A DNA stretch of 32,000 bases from Candidatus Saccharimonadota bacterium (GCF_000582535.1 NZ_CP006932.1:390001-422000), one strand, 5' to 3'. Shown: positions 1-11,465, counted from the stretch's first letter. A program made the numbers and translations. Notes: generated by a model from the letters alone, not told the origin.

Positions 1-50
1 GCCGCAAGATTAAAATAAGGATTATTTGTTTTTGATAAAATATATTTCAT
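1..50 (-). CDS. lplA: Lipoate-protein ligase A, first 16 codons only (gene runs off the left edge)
   Basis: The reverse complement of 1-50 reads MKYILSKTNNPYFNLA(A). The NPxxNLA N-terminus is typical of LplA-type ligases. GGAG (rc of 60-63) lies 9 nt upstream of the ATG at 50-48. The gene sits directly downstream of the PDH genes. Only a tiny fragment is visible. Confidence 0.5.
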   Translation of the reverse strand, partial: MKYILSKTNNPYFNLA

Positions 51-76
51 TTCTTCTTTCTCCTATAAAATAAAAT

Positions 77-2560
77 TTAAACACCGTATTTTGCTCTACG
101 TTTATACTCTACTACTGTATTTATTTTTTTTGCTTGATAATCTTTTAATTTCATAATTTTACCATCAATTGTAGAAAGAATATCATCAATTTGTGGATAG
201 ATATATTTCTCATAATCTGCTCCTGGCATAATTCAATTTCTTGCTCCTAAAACTGCAGGAGGAGAATCAAGATAATCAAAAGCAAATTCTGTAATATTTG
301 AAGCAACAGCTTTCATAAAATTCATTCTTTCAAATCCTTCGTTTATAAAAATTACTTTTCCTGTTTTTTTTATAGAATTTATAATAATATCATAATCAAA
401 AGGAACTGCTGATCGCATATCAATTATTTCTGCTTTAATATTATATTTTTCTCTTAAAATCTTTGCAGCATCAATTGCGGTATAAAGAGATGCTCCTAAA
501 GTAACAATTGTAAGATCATCTCCTTGTTCACGAATAACACCTTCACCAAAAGGAATTTCATAATAATCTTTGGGAACACCTTCTTTTACAAAAAATTCTC
601 CCTTATCATAAAGTTTTTGTGTTTCTATAAAAAAAGTTGGATCTTCAGAATTTAAAGCTGTATTCATAAGACCTTTTGCATCATAAGGAGTAACAGGAGC
701 AACAAGATTTATTCCGGTAATTGAAGCTAATACTGAAGTATAATCTTGTGAATGTTGGACTCCATATTGACTTCCAATATTTGTTCTTACAACAACAGGT
801 AATTTTAATTGTCCTCCCGACATTGCTCTTCATTTTGAAAGTTGATTTGAAAGTTCATCTCCGGCACGAAATAAGAAATCAAAATATTCAAGTTCAACAA
901 TTGCTTGTCCTCCAGCAATTGCATAACCGCAAGCAGTTCCAACAATTGCTGCTTCTGTAATTGGCGAATTAAATAAGCGATGATAAGGGAGAGATTCTGT
1001 AAGACCATTATAAACTCCATAAGCTCCTCCTCAATCTCTTAATTCTTCTCCTCATCCTGCAAAAGTTGGTTCTTTATAATAATGATCAAGAATTGCTTCA
1101 AAAATTCCATCTCTTATTTGATAAGATTTCATTTTTGAAAGTTTATTTCCATTTTTATCAAAAGCATAACGCTCACGCTTGCTTATTCTTTGAACACGTG
1201 GATTTTCTTCTTTTTTAAGCTCTACTTCTACTTTTTTATCTGTTGTATAAGTAAATTTTTTTCTTGAAAACATCAAATTATCAAGAACTTGATTATCATT
1301 ATCTCAATCTAATTCCTTTGTTACTTTTGGATCAATTGATAATTTATAAATTTGAAAATAGAGATCTTCAATTTTTTTACGAATTTCTTTAAGATCATCT
1401 AATCCTTTTAATAATTTACTTTCAATCATTTGCTTTGCGAATAGTTCAATTGGATCAATTTTTCTTCATAATTCAATTTCTTGTGGTGTTCGATAAGATT
1501 CTAAATCTCCAGAAGAATGACCATTATAACGATAAGTAACTATTTCATTTAGAACTGGACCGTCACCTTTTAAAACAATCTCTTTTTTTCTTCTAATAAG
1601 ATCAATTGTTGCTAAAACATCTTGTCCATTTACTCGTTCTGCAAACATATTGTCAGGATTAATTCCAGCTGCTAATCGTGCAGGAATATGATATCCCATT
1701 GTTTCACCAACAGTTTGTCCTCCCATTCCATATTGATTATTCATTAAATTAACCATAAAAGGAGGTCTTTTATTATAAGGAGAAGATCATAAATTTTTAT
1801 ATTGATCCATTGTTGCAAAATTTAAAGTTTCTCAAAAGGGTCCGGTTGAAACACCCCCATCACCGATATTTGCAATTGAAATACCTTTTTTTTGCTGTGT
1901 TAATTTAAATAATGCTGCTCCTAAAGCAAGAGAAGCAGAAGCACCAACAATTGCATTATTAGGATAAATTCCAAAAGGTGTAAAGAAAAGGTGCATTGAG
2001 CCAGCAAGACCAAGATTAAATCCTTGTTCTTTTCCTCAAATTTCTGCTAAAAATCCATACATAAAGAAAAATATTGCTTTTTCTTTTGTGCTTTTAAATT
2101 TATAAGTTGTTTGATTTATTGCTTTAAGAATCTTTCCATCATTATATTTTTCCATAATTTCTAAAAGTTCTTTATCTTCCATTTTATAAATTGTTGATAA
2201 TCCTTTTGAAATTACTTCAGCATGATTTCGATGTGTCCCAAAGATAAAATCATCTTTATCTAATAGAAAATGTAAACCAACAGTTGCTGCTTCTTGTCCT
2301 GTAGCCATATGTGCTGGTCCATTATATTGATAAGGTAATCCCTTTCATTCTCCCTTAATTTTGATTGTATCTAAAAATTCCTCGCTAACTCTGATTCAAA
2401 TCATTTCTTTTAAAATTTCAAATGCATCTTCTTTTGTAATATTTTTTTCTGTAAATTCATCTTCTAAAGTTTTATTATATTGAAACTCTAAAATCTTTCC
2501 TAAATCTGTCTCTTTTTTTACAAACACATCTTTTGGATTAATAAATAATTTTTTAACCAT
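77..2560 (-). CDS. pdhAB: 2-oxoacid (pyruvate) dehydrogenase E1 component, alpha and beta subunits fused in one 827-codon ORF
   Basis: ORF-track fragments 233-823, 1052-1276, 1466-1756 and 2036-2308 share one frame. Hand translation of the gaps shows only TGA interruptions. The ATG at 2560 is preceded by AGGAG (rc 2568-2572), and the stop is TAA at 79-77. The N-half has E1-alpha/TPP motifs ([34 protein letters not shown]). The C-half has E1-beta motifs ([35 protein letters not shown]). Confidence 0.85.
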
Positions 2561-2577
2561 AATTTTTCTCCTTCTAA

Positions 2578-3957
2578 TTATTCAAGTATTGCTGTTTTGA
2601 TAATTTCCCCTACTGTTGGATGAGCAAATACAACATCTTTTAAAGATTTTGAATTATATCTTTTATTAATTAAAACTGAAGCCATATTAATAATTTCAGA
2701 AGAGTAATTTCCTAATAATGAAATACCAATTATCTCATCAGTTGATTTTTTTAAGATTATTTTTAATAAACCATCAAAATTTTTTCCAGCATAATTTCCG
2801 ACTTCAATTACAAATCTTCCTGAATATAACATTGGAATTTTTTTTGTTCTAATTTCAATTCCTTGTTTTTTTGCTAAATCTTCATTTATTCCAATTTCTC
2901 CAACTTCAGGAGTGCAATAAATAACAGATGGAATTTGATCATAATTGATTTTTATTTTATTACCTAAAATATTTTCAAGAACAATCTCTCCTTCGCGATA
3001 AGCAGTATGAGCAAGCATTGATTTACCATTTACATCGCCAATCGCATAAAGTCCAGGAACATTTGTTTTTAAATTTTCATCAGTTACAATTGCCCCTTTT
3101 TCAATATAAACTCTTAAATTTTCTAATCCAAAATCTTTTATAAATGGTTTTCTTCCTGCTGCTACAAGTAATTTATCAAAAGGTAATTTAATCTTTTTAT
3201 CATTTTTATCTACACAAATAACTTCCTTGTTTAAAACTTCAGAAACTTTATGTTCTAATAAAAATTTTATTTTTTTCTTTGCTTCTAATTCTTGTTGTAA
3301 TTTTAAAGAAATTTCATAATCAAAAGGTCCAGCAATTTTTGGTGCCAATTCTACAATTGTAACTTCGGAACCAATTCCTGCAAAAAAAGTTCCAAGTTCA
3401 AGACCAATAACTCCTCCACCCATAATTACAAGTTTTTTAGGAATTTCAAAAAGCGCAAGAGCCTTTTCTGAATCAATTACTGTTTTATCATTTTTATTTA
3501 ATCCAGGAATTGGTGGATAAAAAACTTCTGATCCTGTTGCAATAACAAGATTTTTTCCACTAATTTCTTCTTGATCATTAATCAAAATTTTAAAATCTTG
3601 TGCTTTTGAAGTTTCTTTAATCTTTCCAAAACCTTTATAAATTTTTGCTCCTGATCTTTTTACTTTCATTTCTGCTGCTTGTGTTAAAAATGTAACTTTT
3701 TGATCTTTATATTTAACTAATTGTTTTTGATCAAAACTTATTTCTTTTAAATTAATTCCAATATTTTTTCCTTCTTTTGCTTCTGAAAAAACCTTTTCTG
3801 CATGTAAAAATGCTTTGGAAGGAATACATCCAACAGTAACGCAAGTTCCTCCGAATCTACCTTTTTCAACTATTGCTGTTTTAAGACCTTTTCTTGCAGC
3901 ATTAGAGGCAAGCTCATAGCCACCAGGTCCTCCTCCTAAGATAATTAAATCAAACAT
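2578..3957 (-). CDS. pdhD: Dihydrolipoamide dehydrogenase (E3)
   Basis: Intact 459-aa ORF with an FAD-binding N-terminus (ILGGGPGGYELA) and the redox-active disulfide motif GGTCVTVGCIPSK. It has a C-terminal interface-domain HP motif (FAHPTVGE). Confidence 0.93.
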   Translation of the reverse strand: MFDLIILGGGPGGYELASNAARKGLKTAIVEKGRFGGTCVTVGCIPSKAFLHAEKVFSEAKEGKNIGINLKEISFDQKQLVKYKDQKVTFLTQAAEMKVKRSGAKIYKGFGKIKETSKAQDFKILINDQEEISGKNLVIATGSEVFYPPIPGLNKNDKTVIDSEKALALFEIPKKLVIMGGGVIGLELGTFFAGIGSEVTIVELAPKIAGPFDYEISLKLQQELEAKKKIKFLLEHKVSEVLNKEVICVDKNDKKIKLPFDKLLVAAGRKPFIKDFGLENLRVYIEKGAIVTDENLKTNVPGLYAIGDVNGKSMLAHTAYREGEIVLENILGNKIKINYDQIPSVIYCTPEVGEIGINEDLAKKQGIEIRTKKIPMLYSGRFVIEVGNYAGKNFDGLLKIILKKSTDEIIGISLLGNYSSEIINMASVLINKRYNSKSLKDVVFAHPTVGEIIKTAILE

Positions 3958-3969
3958 ATTCTAAACCTC

Positions 3970-5220
3970 CTATTTAAATTGATCATATGAAACATTTTCT
4001 AATCTTTGTTTTAATTCTTTTAAAAATTCCGCTCCTTTAGCACCATCAAAAGGACGATGATCCATAGTAAGTGATAATATAATTTCACTATATTCCACTA
4101 TTCCATTTTTCACCATTTTTAACCGTTTAATTGGTGATCCTACTCCTAAAAGTGCTGCTTGCGGTGGATTTAAAATTGGTGTAAACGCAGTTACACCTGA
4201 AAGTCCTAAATTACTAATTGTAAATGTCCCTCCACTTTGATCTTTTGGTGATAATTTCCCTTCTTTTGTTTTAATAATTAATTCTTTTGATATTCTTGTA
4301 AGTTCATTCAATGAAATTTCTGATGCATTTCGAACAACAGGAACAAAAAGCCCTTTTGGTGCATCAACAGCAATTGCAACATGAGCAACACTATAAGCAT
4401 CATAATAATCAGGTCCAATTAAAGAATTAATATGAGGAAATTCTATTAATGTTCTTGCAAGAACATAAACAATAAGATCATTTATTGATGAATTTTCAAT
4501 TCCTACTTCTTTTTCTTCTACTTTTGCTTTAATAATACTACGAACTTTTAATAAATTTGTTGCATCAAAAGGAGCCATCAATGTTAATTGAGCACCATGT
4601 TGCAATGAATCTTCCATTGATTTTGCAATTGCTTTTCTTACAGGTGTAAATTTAGTATGGAAAAATTCTTGTCCGATATTTTTTTTGTCTATATCTTCAT
4701 AATAATTCTGAATAATATCTTTTTCCATTATTCGATTATTTACACCAGAAATATGATCGACATTTTTTAAATTAATATCAAGTGATTTTGCAATCATTTT
4801 TGCTCGTGGAGAAACAAATATTTTTTGATTTTCGCTTTGGTTTTGCTGCCCTTGAATTTTTTCTTTTATTGAAGTATCATTAGATAATTGTTGCTCTTGT
4901 TTTATTTCTGAAGTATTCTCTTCTTTTTTAGGAGAAATTTCTTCATTTTTACTAATTTTTTCTCATTCTGAAATATCTTCCCCTTTTTTACCAATAAGAA
5001 TAACTGGTTCAAGAACTTTAACTTCATCTCCCGCTTCATAAAATATTTTTAAAACTTCACCACTATCTTCTGATTTAAATTCCGTAGTTGATTTATCAGT
5101 TTCATATTCAAAAAGAACATCTCCATTTTTAATTGTATCTCCAACTTTAACTTTGATATCCCCTAAAATTATTGATTCTACGGTATTCCCCATTTTTGGT
5201 GCTTTTATTGCTTTTGCCAT
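3970..5220 (-). CDS. pdhC: Dihydrolipoamide acyltransferase (E2)
   Basis: Fragments 3970-4797 and 4963-5220 are in frame and joined through TGA at 4963-4965. The protein has a lipoyl domain with lipoyl-lysine motif EYETDKSTTEF and a low-complexity linker. It also has an E3-binding segment VSPRAKMIAKSLDINL and the catalytic motif DHRPFDGA. Confidence 0.92.
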
Positions 5221-5246
5221 ATATTGATATCTAAATTTTACTCCTT

Positions 5247-6194
5247 TTAATTATTATTTATAACCTGTAAAGCTGTAATGATTACTAGATCAACAATTTC
5301 TTCAACTTTTGCTCCACGACTTAAATCATTTACTGGTTTTTTGATATTTTGTAGTAAAGGTCCAATCGCTTTAAAATCTCCTAAAGTAGCAGCAATTTTA
5401 TATCCAATATTACCACTATTTAAATCAGGAAAAATAAATATATTCGGTAATGTTTCAAAATTAGGATCATTTACTTTTATTTTAAAAATATTAGGATCAT
5501 AAGCTGCATCTCATTGAATCTCACCAATTACCTTATAATTACTATCTTTTTTAACAATATCTGTTGCTTCTCTTATTTTTAAAACTAATGGATTGTCTCC
5601 CCCTGAACCTAATGTTGAAAATGAAAGCATTGCAATTATTGGTTCAATTTTAAAGATATTTTTTACAGAATTAGCTGTTTGAATTGCAATATTTGCCAAT
5701 TCTAAACTAGAAGGATTAGGATTAACAGAGATATCTGCAAAAAATAAATCTTTAGTATTTTCTCTTTCTAATCACATAAAAGATGAAACAGGAACATCTG
5801 GTATTTTTGTTTTTAAAATTTGAAAACTTGGTCTTAAAATTTCTGAAGTAGGATGAGTAGAACCAGAAACTATTCCATCAGCTCTATTTTCTCTAAGTAG
5901 TAAATTAGCAAAATAATTTGGATTACTAAAATTTTTCTCTAATTTTTCTAAATCTTCTTTTCCATTTCTTAAATCTTTGTAAAGATTAAATAATCTTTCT
6001 TTTTCATTTTGACTATAATTTTTTATAAAATTATCATCTATTTTAATATATTTAAGATTATCAAAATTTTTCTCAATTATTTTTTTTGCTTCAAAAAATC
6101 TTTGATCATTATCTGTTGATAAAATAATGATTTCTTTTTGATATCTTTTTATTTTCTCTTTTAAATCTTTAAAATTAATTTTTTCTTTAATCAT
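5247..6194 (-). CDS. pta: Phosphate acetyltransferase
   Basis: Fragments 5772-6194 and 5511-5699 plus an unlisted C-terminal piece are in one frame, with TAA at 5249-5247. Pta-like motifs are SGSTHPTSEILRPSFQILKT and a C-terminal PVNDLSRGAKVEEIVDLVIITALQ. The length is 315 aa. AAGGAG for the next gene follows immediately. Confidence 0.88.
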
Positions 6195-6215
6195 TTAAAT
6201 CCTTCTTTTAAATTT

Positions 6216-7400
6216 TTATAATTCTTTTAATAAAATTTTTGCTATTTTAGCCATTTGTAATTCTTCATTTGTTTTAATTATATAAATAGGAATTTCTGAA
6301 TCTTTTTCAGATAATAAATTAATATCTAAATTTCGATCAAACTTATCTTGTTTTATTTTAATTTTCTTAAGATGAAAATTTTTAAACACTCGTTTAATCA
6401 AATCAAGATCATTTTCCCCTATTCCTCCTGTAAAAGTAATCGCCTCCACTTTTTCAACTTCATTTAAATAAGTTGCAATATAATCATTTATTCTTTTGAT
6501 AAATAACTCTCTTGCTAAAATTGCTCTTTTTTCCTTTTTTTCTTCTCCTGATATAACATCACGCATATCAGAAGATTTTCCATAAATACCCAAAAGTCCT
6601 GATTTTTTAATAAAAATATTTTCAACATCATTAGGGTCTAATTTTTTTTGATTAATTAAATAAAAAACAATTGATGGATCAAGATCTCCTGATCTTGTTC
6701 CCATCATAAGTCCTCCAAGAGGAGTAAGACCCATTGATGTATCATATGATTTAGAATCTTTTATTAAGCAAACACTAGCACCATTTCCTAAATGTAAATT
6801 AATAAATGTAACATTTTTTTTATTAAGGAAATTAGATAATCTTTCTGTAATGTATTGATGACTTGTTCCATGTGCTCCATATCTTCTAATTTTATAATTT
6901 TTATAAAATTGATAAGGTATTGTAAAAATAAAATTTTTTTCAGGAATTGTAGAGTGAAAAGTTGTATCAAAACAAACAACATGTTTAGTATCCTTATATT
7001 TTCCAAAAAACTCTTTTAATGCGATTACATTATAAGGTTGATGGAGAGGAGCTAAAGGAGTTAATTTTTCTATTTTTTCAATTGTTTTTCAGTCTTTTAC
7101 AATGATATTTTCCGGAAATACTTCCGATCCCATTACTACGCGATGAACCATTAAATAAAATTCTTCAAATTTACAAATATTATTATCGTTAATAAATCTT
7201 TTAAATTCTTCTGCAAAGTCTTTATATTCAAAATCTTTCTTTTCTTTAATTTGTTTATTATTAATGTCTTTATAAAAAAAACTTGTTCCTGTAATTCCAA
7301 TTCTATCAATCAAACCTTTTCCTAATAATTTTAATTCTTTTGTAAAAATTTGAAATTTACATGAGGAACTACCAACATTTAAAATTAGTATTTTCTTCAT
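6216..7400 (-). CDS. ackA: Acetate kinase
   Basis: Fragments 7089-7400 and 6216-6734 are in frame, and I hand-translated the gap (a single TGA at 7089-7091). Motifs: LNVGSSSCKFQIF, HLGNGASVC, DTSMGLTPLGGLMMGTRSGDLDP, FTGGIGEN. AGGAAAAG lies upstream of the ATG. Confidence 0.93.
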
Positions 7401-7486
7401 TATTTTCTTCTTTTCCTAGTATTTTTAATCTCAATATAAATATAACTAAATTATAATTAAATTATTATAATTTATAATAATTAACA

Positions 7487-8104
7487 ATGAAAAAATGTTT
7501 GATAACAACAAAAAAATTACATAAAAGAAAAATAAATTGGGATGACTATGATTTTTTTATTGGTGTGGAAAGAGGAGCAAAATTTATTTATAATCAAAAG
7601 GGTTTAAAAAATAAATATTATATTTCTGATTTTGATAGTTTGTTAGATTATCAAAAAAAATTAAAAAAAACAGGTAATTTAATTCTTTTAGAAAAAAATA
7701 AAAATTTTGCTGACACCGAAGAAGCAATTAAATATGCTCTTAAAATTGGATATCAAAAAAAAGGTTTAGAAATATTTGTAAATGAAGATCTTGGACGAAA
7801 AGATCATTTAATAAATATTTTTAATATTAGCAGAAAATATCAAGTTTTAATTTATGGAAATAAATTTAAAATTACACCGATTTTAGAAAATGAAAATGTA
7901 ATTATTAAAAAAGAAAATTATAAATATTTTTCTATTTTTGTATTTGAAAAAACAGAAATTACAACAAAGGGATTAAAATGAGATTTAAACAAAAAAGAAT
8001 TTAACTTAGAAAGCACAACAAATTTAATATCAAATCAAATAATTGCTGAGCAATGTAAAGTTAAATTCTCTAAATTAAGTTTAATAATACAAGCAAATGA
8101 TTAA
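7487..8104 (+). CDS. thiN: Thiamine pyrophosphokinase
   Basis: ORF 7487-7981 continues through TGA (7979-7981) to TAA at 8102-8104, giving 205 aa. TPK-like motifs are IGVERGA, SDFDS, NFADTEEAIKYA and GRKDHLIN. No obvious Shine-Dalgarno is present. Confidence 0.7.
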
Positions 8105-8120
8105 TAATTAATCATTTTTT
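8095..8120. terminator. Palindrome spanning two convergent stop codons; possible weak bidirectional terminator
   Basis: 8095-8117 (aaatgattaataattaatcattt) is a perfect 23-nt palindrome with 11 pairing positions and only one G:C pair. It contains the thiN TAA (8102-8104) and the nox stop (8108-8110), and a T-run follows on the + strand. It is almost all A/T, so it is thermodynamically weak. Confidence 0.25.
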
Positions 8121-9469
8121 GTTTTTAAAGCAAGATCATTTATATAATTAAATGGCTGATTGAATCTTGGTAAAAAGAAAAAGTCAAGATATTTAAGTTC
8201 TTCAATTGTTGTTTTCTTTGCAATTGCTAATGAAAACATATGAATTCCCATAGAAATATCATAAGTAGAAGCCATTTGTGCTCCTAAAATAAGTTTTGTT
8301 TTTTTATCATAGATTACTTTTACTTTTACTTTATGTGGTTCATTCATAAAAGCAGGTTTTTGCTCAGAAATAATATGTGATTCTTCTGGATCAAATCCTG
8401 CTCTTTTAGCAGCTTCAAAATTGAGACCAGTTGAAACCATATTTAAACCATAAATAGAAATTGCATTTGAACCAGAAGCCCCATCAATTTTATCTTTTCT
8501 TCCTAAAATATTATATGCTACAACTTTTCCTGTTCTTACAGCATTAGAAGCAAGAGCAATATAATCAACTTTATCTGTTACAGTATTATAAATAGTTGCA
8601 CAATCACCAATTGCATAAACATTATCAATATTTGTTTTTTGATATTTATCAACAATAATTGCTCCATTTGGTAACATTTTTAAATTACTATTTTTGAAAA
8701 GTCCTGTATTTGGTAAAGCTCCGATTGCAAAAATTACAAGATCAGTAGGAATTTCAATTTTATTTGTTTTAATTTTTTCAACTTTTCCATTTTTTCCAAT
8801 TAAATCTTGTACTAATTGATTAAGTTCAATTTTGATTTCTTGCTGTTTTAATCTTTTATCCATTAATTCTGTAAAATCTTTGTCATAATATCTTTGTAAG
8901 ATACGTTCTAATGCATCAATCATTGTTGTTTCTTTACCATATATTCTTACAGCTTCAGCAAGTTCAACTCCAATATATCCAGCACCAATTATTGAAACTT
9001 TTTTAATATCTTCTCTTTTTAACATATCAATAATTCATTGAGCATTTTGATATGTTTTTACAGTAATAACATTTGATCAATCTTGAAAATTAGAAGATTG
9101 AAATTTTGGGACAAATGGTTTTGAACCAATCGAGATTACTAATTTATCATAAATAACTTCTTTTGCTTGATTTGTTTTAAGATCTTTAAAAGAAACTTTT
9201 TTTGCTTTAAAATCTACATTTGTAACTTCATGTTTTAAATAGATTTTTGCTCCTTGTTTTTCTAATTGTTCTTTTGAAGAATAAAATAAACCTTTTGGAT
9301 CTTTTACAACATCACTAATTCAAAGTGCTATACCACATCCTAAAAATGAACAATTGTCATTTTTTTCTATTGCAACAACTTCATAATCTTTATTATTCTC
9401 TAAAAGTGTGCTTATTGCAATAGTTCCGGCATGATTAACACCTAAAAAAACTATTTTTTCTTTATTCAA
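8108..9469 (-). CDS. nox: NADH oxidase (H2O-forming, CoA-disulfide-reductase family flavoprotein)
   Basis: ORF 8108-9025 extends upstream through 3 TGA codons (hand translated) to a TTG at 9469-9467. That TTG sits 6 nt downstream of AAGAAGGGG (rc 9476-9484), and no in-frame ATG lies upstream. The N-terminus is (M)NKEKIVFLGVNHAGT, the redox cysteine motif is NCSFLGCGIALW, and a second dinucleotide fold reads VSIIGAGYIGVELAE. Confidence 0.88.
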
Positions 9470-9557
9470 AATATACCCCTTCTTTAATTTGTTTTAATAT
9501 AAAATAATTATATTATTTTAAATTTAAAATTCTCATTTTTATTAATTAATATATAAA

Positions 9558-11426
9558 TTAATCTCATATTTGCAATGCTATTTCGGTTAATTCTTTTGTT
9601 CTTTTATTTATTTTTTCAAAATCTCAATGATCATATTCAGCAATTTTTCGATTTATTTCTAAAATGCTTTCTTTATAATTTTTTTTCTTTTCTGGAAATG
9701 ACTTGTTACTTATACTGCTATTATCAGCAGTAATTGTAAGGTTGCCTAATTTATTCAAAAATTTCTTATGATTAATAATATTTTCAACCCCCAAACTTCT
9801 TTCTCAAATCTTATTTAATTTTTTTGGCATTATATGTTCGATTGTAAATTTCTCTTTACGATTATGATTGATTATTGTTTCATAACTATTTTTTATATTT
9901 CTTTTATTAAGTTCAATTTTTCAAAAAAATCCTTTTAAAATATCATTGCCTTTTTCCCCATAAACATCCATTTTATTTAATCCTTCTTTAAACTCATCAT
10001 TTTCTGGAATAAAATCATATTTTTCCACAAATTCTTCTAAAAGATCATTATAATTATTAATTTTTATTTTATTAATTGTTCTTGTTAAAAGTCTTGTTCC
10101 TTTACCTACAAATTGTCTTTTAATAATCATTTTTTCTAATAAAAAAATTGAATTTTCAAAATCTTTTGTAACTTTTTCAATTTTTGAATAATCTTTTGCT
10201 AATGTTACTTCATTTTCATTTTCTAATAATTGAATTATTATTGGAAAAAATTGTGATCCTGTATATAAATCATTAAAAATCATCAAAGAAACTTCATAAT
10301 CTTTTAAATTACTTTTCTTTGAGATATTTTTATATTTTTTAACCATATCTTTAATCAGTAAAAACTTATTAAAATCTTTAATTGATAATGAAATATCATC
10401 AATTGTTTTAAAACCATTAAATTCTCATTCTACAATTAATTTAAATTTATAATATAAATCTTGAGGATCTTTTTCTTTTGGTAATTTAATTGTTTTTAAA
10501 TAATTATTATTACTTTTTATTGATTTATAAATAATATATTCTTTTACAATTTTTGTAAACTCAATATTACTTTTTTTACCTCATTCAGAAATTTTTTCGA
10601 ATAATAAATCTTCAAAAAATAATTTAATTTCATCTTCTATTTCTATTATTTTCTTTTTATCAGAATTTTTCTCCTTTTCAAGTTCATGTAATTTCATGAA
10701 ATAAATATTTTTGATTAAATCTATTGAATTTAAAGGAGTCCCTTTAGAATTCAAAGTTTCAAATATTTTTAATTCATTATCATTTTCTTGTAAATTAATT
10801 TGAATTATCCAAATATTTTTAAAAATTTTTATAATATCGTAAATATTTTCCTCTTCTAAAAATTCTCTAATTAATTCACGGAAACAAATATAATTATTAA
10901 AAAAAATATTATCTTTATTTTTTGCTTTAATTTTTTTTAATTCCTTGTTATTATTAAAAATATTTATATATTCATTACTATCTATTAATTTTTCAAATTT
11001 CTCTCTATTATTAATTTCACTTATTTTTAATCTAATTTTATTTTTATTTGGTTCATCTGAATCTTGCATATAAATTAATTTATTTAAATTAAATTTATAT
11101 TTCTCAAAATGTGAATAAGAATGATAATCAACAATCTCATTTTCCATTGAATCAATTAAAGCTTTAAAAAATAAAATAAAAGTTGTTATTCTTTGTTGAC
11201 CATCAACAATTCATTTTTTATTATTTTTATCATTATTAATTAAAATATTTCCTAAATATAAAGTTTTTTCTGGATTATTTTCATCTTCTAAATCTTTAAT
11301 ATCCTCAAAAAGAGATTTAATATTATTTTCGTTTCAAACATATTTTCTTTGATATACAGGAACACTATATATTGACCCATAATTAAAAAAATCTAATAAT
11401 TTTATTCTTTGTACAGAATCATTCAT
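9558..11426 (-). CDS. GmrSD-like type IV restriction/defence nuclease (N-terminal DUF262, C-terminal DUF1524 His-Me finger)
   Basis: Fragments 10581-11147 and 9921-10346 plus the flanks form one 622-codon frame. I hand-translated 10346-10581 and 11147-11426 and found only TGA interruptions. DUF262 motifs are VPVYQRKYVW and IVDGQQRITT (about 11190-11204). DUF1524 motifs are FTIEHIMPKK (about 9826-9839), LGNLTITADN and SNKSF. The ATG is at 11426 and TAA at 9560-9558. Confidence 0.75.
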
Positions 11427-11465
11427 CTTATTATTTATTTCCTTTGTGCATTGATTAAATTTAAT

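Noticed and set aside
721-1020. ORF-track entries 721-960 (+) and 805-1020 (-) with Q/L-rich translations
   Set aside because: Both overlap the E1 gene out of frame or antisense. They give low-complexity translations with no motifs, while the E1 frame gives a conserved protein, so they are spurious shadow ORFs.
5278-5502. Plus-strand 74-aa ORF inside pta; likewise 6788-7006 (-), 13249-13437 (+), 17042-17305 (+), 21462-21653 (+), 21688-21882 (+), 22333-22545 (+) and 26554-26796 (+)
   Set aside because: All lie antisense to, or out of frame within, strongly supported conserved genes (pta, ackA, lepA/GIY-YIG, pst permease, PstS-like paralog, fmt, gap). They lack SD sequences and recognisable motifs, so they are treated as shadow ORFs.
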